This document shows positions 59,415 to 64,000 of a stretch of 64,000 nt of DNA, piece by piece. Within the stretch, counting starts at the first letter, position 1. Every line of letters begins with the position of its first letter. The stretch lies in contig NC_045697.1 of the NCBI RefSeq assembly GCF_009834535.1, positions 19,470,001-19,534,000 of the forward strand. The letters run 5' to 3'. This DNA is from Camelus ferus. Its lineage: Eukaryota. Position numbers and translations under genes: made by a program. The notes below the pieces were generated by a model. The model was not told the DNA's origin and did no database searches. It saw nothing but the letters and a program-made list of their open reading frames with translations.

Positions 59415-59990
59415 TATAGAAATCAAGGAGCTTGGATGTAAGCAACAGTAGTTAAGTCCAGTTATTTGAAATAGAAAGATAATCTGTAATCTTCTGGACA
59501 GGTGGAGAATCAAGCTTGAAGCTTTCACAGCAGCAACAATGCCCAAGTTTTGCCATGGAAAACAGGACCTCCTGGGCACTGCCACTGAGCACTGCTCCTC
59601 AGTATAGATGTCCAAGCTGGCACTACCAGTTCTCAGATGCTGAATATTAGTCATTACAACTAGAGCCATTATTGCCCCTGCTACCTCTGCAAGCTGGATC
59701 TCTACAAGATAGTCACCCCTTCTAGTACTCTCACCAAAAACAATTTTGTTCAGACCTTGCTACTTTGTGTTCCCAACTTGGGTTTCAAAGTCTGGGCAGG
59801 TGCAGGTGATTAGTGAAGCATGGGAAAGTGAGAATCTGGCATTTTCAACTTCTATTGGTACACAGGAGGCATTCTTTTAGCGTCCTAGGAGGAGAATGCC
59901 TTTCCTTTGTTTTGTGAAATTGAGGTTTCAGAAGACAAAGGAAGAAAGATTTTCTTACTGGGTAGCTAAAAAGAATGATGAATGTCTATC
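59415..59990 (-). mobile_element. Old MaLR LTR (MLT1M/N-like)
   Basis: tcaaagtctgggcaggtgca...tgggaaagtgagaatctggcattttcaacttctat; boundaries approximate. Confidence 0.5.
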
Positions 59991-60419
59991 AGAATCTGCG
60001 TATTAGTAAAAAATGTGCCTGCATTTATGTATACAATGGAAAATGACCTCCAATAAACATGAGTGCAGGTAGCTCAAGCTGTCAAACTGTACATAATCAG
60101 GACTCTTTTGTCAGTGGTGAAAGGCATGGACTGGTTGGTGGAAGAAAATTTCCAGATTGAGATTCTTCTATCCATAGATCAATTTTTCTTCTACAAATTA
60201 GGCAACCATAGTCAAGATTTATTTTCATTAGCTGATCACCTTGGTTTAACTTTTCAACTTCTGTTTGAGGAGGAGCCTAATTCGAGAAATAGAACTTAGT
60301 TATGGGGGGAAGAGAATGGGCGGATGAGGAAAAAGAGGAAGAGGCTGTGGTGAGATGGGAAAGGAGTGGGGGAAGTAAATCTCTCCAAAGGGAAAACTAT
60401 TCATTCAAATGGTTATCCT

Positions 60420-60960
60420 GATGGTCTCAAAGATAGCAACTTGTGGTCTAAGACAAAATTCAATGCACAGTTGTGTTTTATTTGGCTTTCATAAAACAAC
60501 ATTTTTAATATATATATTTTTTTCATCTGGAGATTTCTTAGAAAAATCTGGTTTTGTGGTTTCTCTTGAAAAAATCAGAAGTAGCTTTCTGGTTTCTCTG
60601 GAAAAATCTTACCTGGACATCTTGCATTCAGGACTTCCCCTGCATGCTCTTCTGTGCTAATCGGTTGAAGCTGAGTAGCTTCTTTCTCATTTGGACGGAT
60701 GCCACACTCCCCACCACTCCCCACTACCTGCCCATAGCTGAAGTTGTGCGTCAACTACTGCATGTCATTATGCTTTTACTGCCATTTGTCTTTTAGCAGA
60801 GAAATGGTTTTCTACCTGTCTCTATAAAAAGTTAGAAAATGTATGCTTTTCTAATGTTAGAAAATGTCGAAAAGAATGTGTTTCAAGAAAATTGAGAGAA
60901 GGCTTTTTTTTGGTGGAAATTAAAAGCATTTATACATGTTTAACCAAGTGTCTGTCAAAA
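60420..60960. mobile_element. Ancient hAT-type DNA transposon fragment, subfamily uncertain
   Basis: aaaaatctggttttgtggtttctcttgaaaaaatcagaag...gttgaagctgagtagc...ccccaccactccc resembles a eutherian hAT internal block. Confidence 0.5.
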
Positions 60961-61302
60961 GTTCAATGCAAGAGGCCTATGTAAAACAAAGCACAATGAG
61001 AACTATGAAAATTGTGTGGGAAAAATGTATATAGAAAAGGTACATGGTGAAAAGTTTAGTGATTTACAAAAGGACGTGGAGAGTAAACTTTCAATAGAGG
61101 CTGTTTTTTAAAGTGAATAAGTAAATCAACCTGTATTAACTAGTTCGTTTTACTCACTAGTGTTACCTTCCTAGCCTATGAGGCATATGAATTTAGTACT
61201 GGCCTTTGCAGATAGTTAGTTCCCAGAATAAAAGGAAGGGAAGGAACTTTAATGTTTTATAATAATGCTCCTTTTCTCTTCCCAAACTTTCCCACTGATC
61301 AG

Positions 61303-61792
61303 TGTTGTGGTTGACTTGTTGTTCCCAAAAAGACACATTAAAGAGCTCACACCTGGTGCCTGTGAATGTGACCTCATTTGGATATAGTGTCTTTGCAGAA
61401 GTAATCAAGTTAAGATTGAGGTCATACTTGACTAGGGTGGACCCTAATCCAATATGACTGGTGAGCTATAAGAAGAGGAGAAGAGGCCCAAAGACAGGCA
61501 CATTAGGAGAATGCCATGTGATGAGACCCAGGAGAGAGCTCCACTGAAAGGGGGAGAAAGAATGGAATGATGAATATACAAGCCAAGATGCACCAAGGAT
61601 TGCCCGCGAACATCAGAAGTTATGAAAGGAGCATGGAATAGATTCTTCTTCAGAGCCTCCACTGTGCACCATCCCTGCTGGCACCTTGATTTGGTACTTC
61701 TGGCCTCCAGAACTATGAAAGAATACATTTCTGTTGTTTCAAGCCACCGAATTTGTGAAGATTTGTTATGGCAGTTCTAGGACACTAATAAA
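61303..61792 (+). mobile_element. MLT1C-type MaLR solo LTR, full length
   Basis: tgttgtggttga...cctgtgaatgtgacctcatttgga...tggcctccagaactatga..aatacatttctgttgtttcaagccac...tttgttatggcag; flanks ATCAG/ATCAC (4/5 TSD). Confidence 0.9.
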
Positions 61793-63189
61793 ATCACTTT
61801 CAGGATATATTTGGATGACTGGTCTTGACTCAAATCATCTTATTTATTCTTCTGATGCTTCATTGCCAATGACATCAATTTATAGCTGCGGGTATCATGC
61901 CTCTGTATCAGACTGTGATTCTTTTATTTTTCTCTGCAGAAACTTAGGACGTTACTTTTCTGTCCATACAAAGTGGTTTAAAGCCATTAATTCGTGTCTC
62001 ATGCTCAAGGTGAATCTCTGAGCATTCTGCACCAAGTGCATGCTTAAAATATTATGTGCTACTGGCTAATTTGAAAGGCAGGTTAAACTTATCTTTTAGC
62101 AGGATACTGTGATAAAGCGAGGCTCTAAATTGCTTGCTGACCCTTCTAAGCAAATTCACTTTACCACCGAAATAATAGTCTTCTTTCAGTGCAAACCTGC
62201 TGCTTTTGCTCCCGTGGTGTTACCATTTCACTCCCTTGGAGAAGATAACACGGTAGGCGGACTCATCTGAAGGAAATTGACTAGGATTATTTTCTCAGTG
62301 ACAGCTTTATTGTCATTCTGCAACACATTCTTAGTTGATGAACTTGATAAACAGGGATGCTTTCTCTATCTACAAGAAAAAAGAAATGTCTCGAAAAACG
62401 TAATTTTACTTTCTGTTTCATCTCAGTCGTCTACTCAGAAACCAGTCTATTTGGCCAAGAAGAGAATTTCACTGAGGTCTTAGCTTACACTCTCTTTTTA
62501 ATTTGCTAAAATGCAGGCTCATTGATAGGAAACTGAAAAAGAATATAAGCATCATAATTCATTAGCTAGACTTAGTTCGCCCCGTGGTGTCACTTAATTA
62601 TTACTCAGATTATTTTATTATGCTTATGCAACCTTAAAAATGATTTAAGAGGCCTTTACATTTTCATGCTTTGCTTTCCTTTTTTTGTATAAATTATTTA
62701 AATTGTCATAAACTGGGATGCTTTGATGAGCATGTGGCAATAGAGGGGCTGCTGCACCAAGGGAGAAAAACTCTGAGGGCAAAAATTTTTAGAAATTGAG
62801 ATCGCTTGCCAACAGATCCAAATCACGATGAATGATCTGTGATTGTTATTTGCCTCATTGTTCATAAGGGAGAGTTTCTACTGGGTATTTAGGACCAAAC
62901 ACATACAGTTTTCTTTCTTTTTTTTCTTTTGTTATCTTGGATACACTCTTCTCTATGGTCAGTGTATGCCTCACATTTATTTGTATATTCAGTGAGTTGT
63001 TTTTAATAACGTGATAAGCATCTGGGAGTCTGCCATGCAGAACGGACACTAAGACCTTGAAAATAATCCACATCCAGCAGTATGGTTCATCCCTATAGAT
63101 TTATCCTCAAGCCAACCCCTTCGTCTGACTCCTGTGTTCATTCCTTTGCTTTTATTTACACTGCCTCTATGCCCATTCTTAAAGCAATA

Positions 63190-64000
63190 TGTCTATTTTC
63201 ATTATTTTCAGCTTTCAAAACAGGATATAGTGCTTCATGGAATCATTGGAGACTTAGAATTGCACTTAATAGATGACTAAGAGTCATCAGTTTGTTGTGT
63301 GAAACCGGAGTTCATTTTAATGCTCTATCATGTGAATACAGCACATTTTGTTTATAGTCTCCAGTGGGCAATTGGGTTATTTCCAGGTTTTCGCTGTTAC
63401 GGACAGCACTGCCATGAATATTCTCAGTAGATCTTCTTTTAAACCTTCGCAAGAGCTTCTCCCGTGTATACGATAGGAGTTGAATTCCTGAACCTTCAGA
63501 TACGTGCGAATTCAATACTAGACTATAAAGTCAAACTCTTTTCTAAAGTGATTGTGCTTGTTTGTATCCCTGCCAGAAAAATATGAGAGGGCCGGCTGAT
63601 CCTTTCTGACATTCGGAATGTTCAGACGTTTTAGTTCTTGTGAATTGAAAGACTGTAAAATGGTATCTCATTAGGGCCTTGATTTTTATCTCTCTGATAT
63701 AATGGCCAGCTCTTCATGTTCATTGGTTATGTTTCCTACTCTTTTTTACTATATCTGTTTTTTTTTTTTATTGACGTATAATCACTCTAATATGTTGTCA
63801 CTTTCTGGCGTTACAGCACAATACTTCCATCACACAGGAACATACCTATATTCATATTCATATTCTTCCTCACCATAAGTTACTACAAGATATTGAATAT
63901 AGTTCCCTGTGCTATACAGTGTGAACTTATTGTTCATCTATTTTATATATATTAGTTAGTATTGCAAATCTCGAAAGTTTCCTATTCTGTGAAGGATTCT
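63190..64000 (-). mobile_element. Ancient L1 (L1ME-type) ORF2 3' end, interrupted by a young L1
   Basis: ttgggttatttccaggtttt..gctgtt...ccatgaatattct...aaaatggtatctcatt...gtttcctattctgtgaag. Confidence 0.7.
63743..63976 (-). mobile_element. Young 5'-truncated L1 3' end (camelid type)
   Basis: T12-ATTG...tacaagatattgaatatagttccctgtgctatacag; TSD GTTTCCTACTCT (63731-63742) / GTTTCCTATTCT (63977-63988). Confidence 0.9.

Noticed and set aside
1..64000. All supplied ORFs as protein-coding genes
   Set aside because: All are <=137 aa, many start at GTG/TTG, I recognise no domain, and many lie in repeats (e.g. 61444-61728 in MLT1C, 42500-42767 in the GAAA tract, 15271-15692 over the pentamer repeat)
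1..64000. CRISPR array, prokaryotic operon, numt, or ERV gag/pol/env coding sequence
   Set aside because: No regularly spaced repeat-spacer units, long ORFs, mitochondrial-like or retroviral internal sequence seen; all LTRs appear solo or fragmentary

Overview
Non-coding mammalian genomic DNA (intergenic, or deep in a large intron). It is very probably from a camelid (alpaca/vicuna/camel): it carries three tRNA-Ala(AGC)-derived Vic-1-type SINEs and cetartiodactyl-type L1 3' ends. I found no protein-coding exon, functional RNA gene or processed pseudogene that I can recognise. The supplied ORFs (all <=137 aa) read as chance frames, many inside repeats. Much of the window is old interspersed repeat: MIR/MIR3, L2, L3/CR1, L1ME, many MLT1 (MaLR) solo LTRs, ERV1/ERVL solo LTRs, and the DNA transposons MER20, MER58A, MER5 and MER53. 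Repeat subfamily names are from my recall of consensus sequences, and the boundaries of old repeats are approximate. I did not find a new biological system. The most interesting observations are small-scale: (i) young SINE/L1 insertions with intact target-site duplications (TSDs), two of which carry extra unique sequence between element and TSD (apparent read-through/3' transduction tags); (ii) nested insertions; (iii) a CpG/E-box-rich stretch with a CTCF-like site at about 37.2-38.8 kb and a HIF-type element at about 43.8 kb; (iv) two well-formed but unverified + strand exon candidates.
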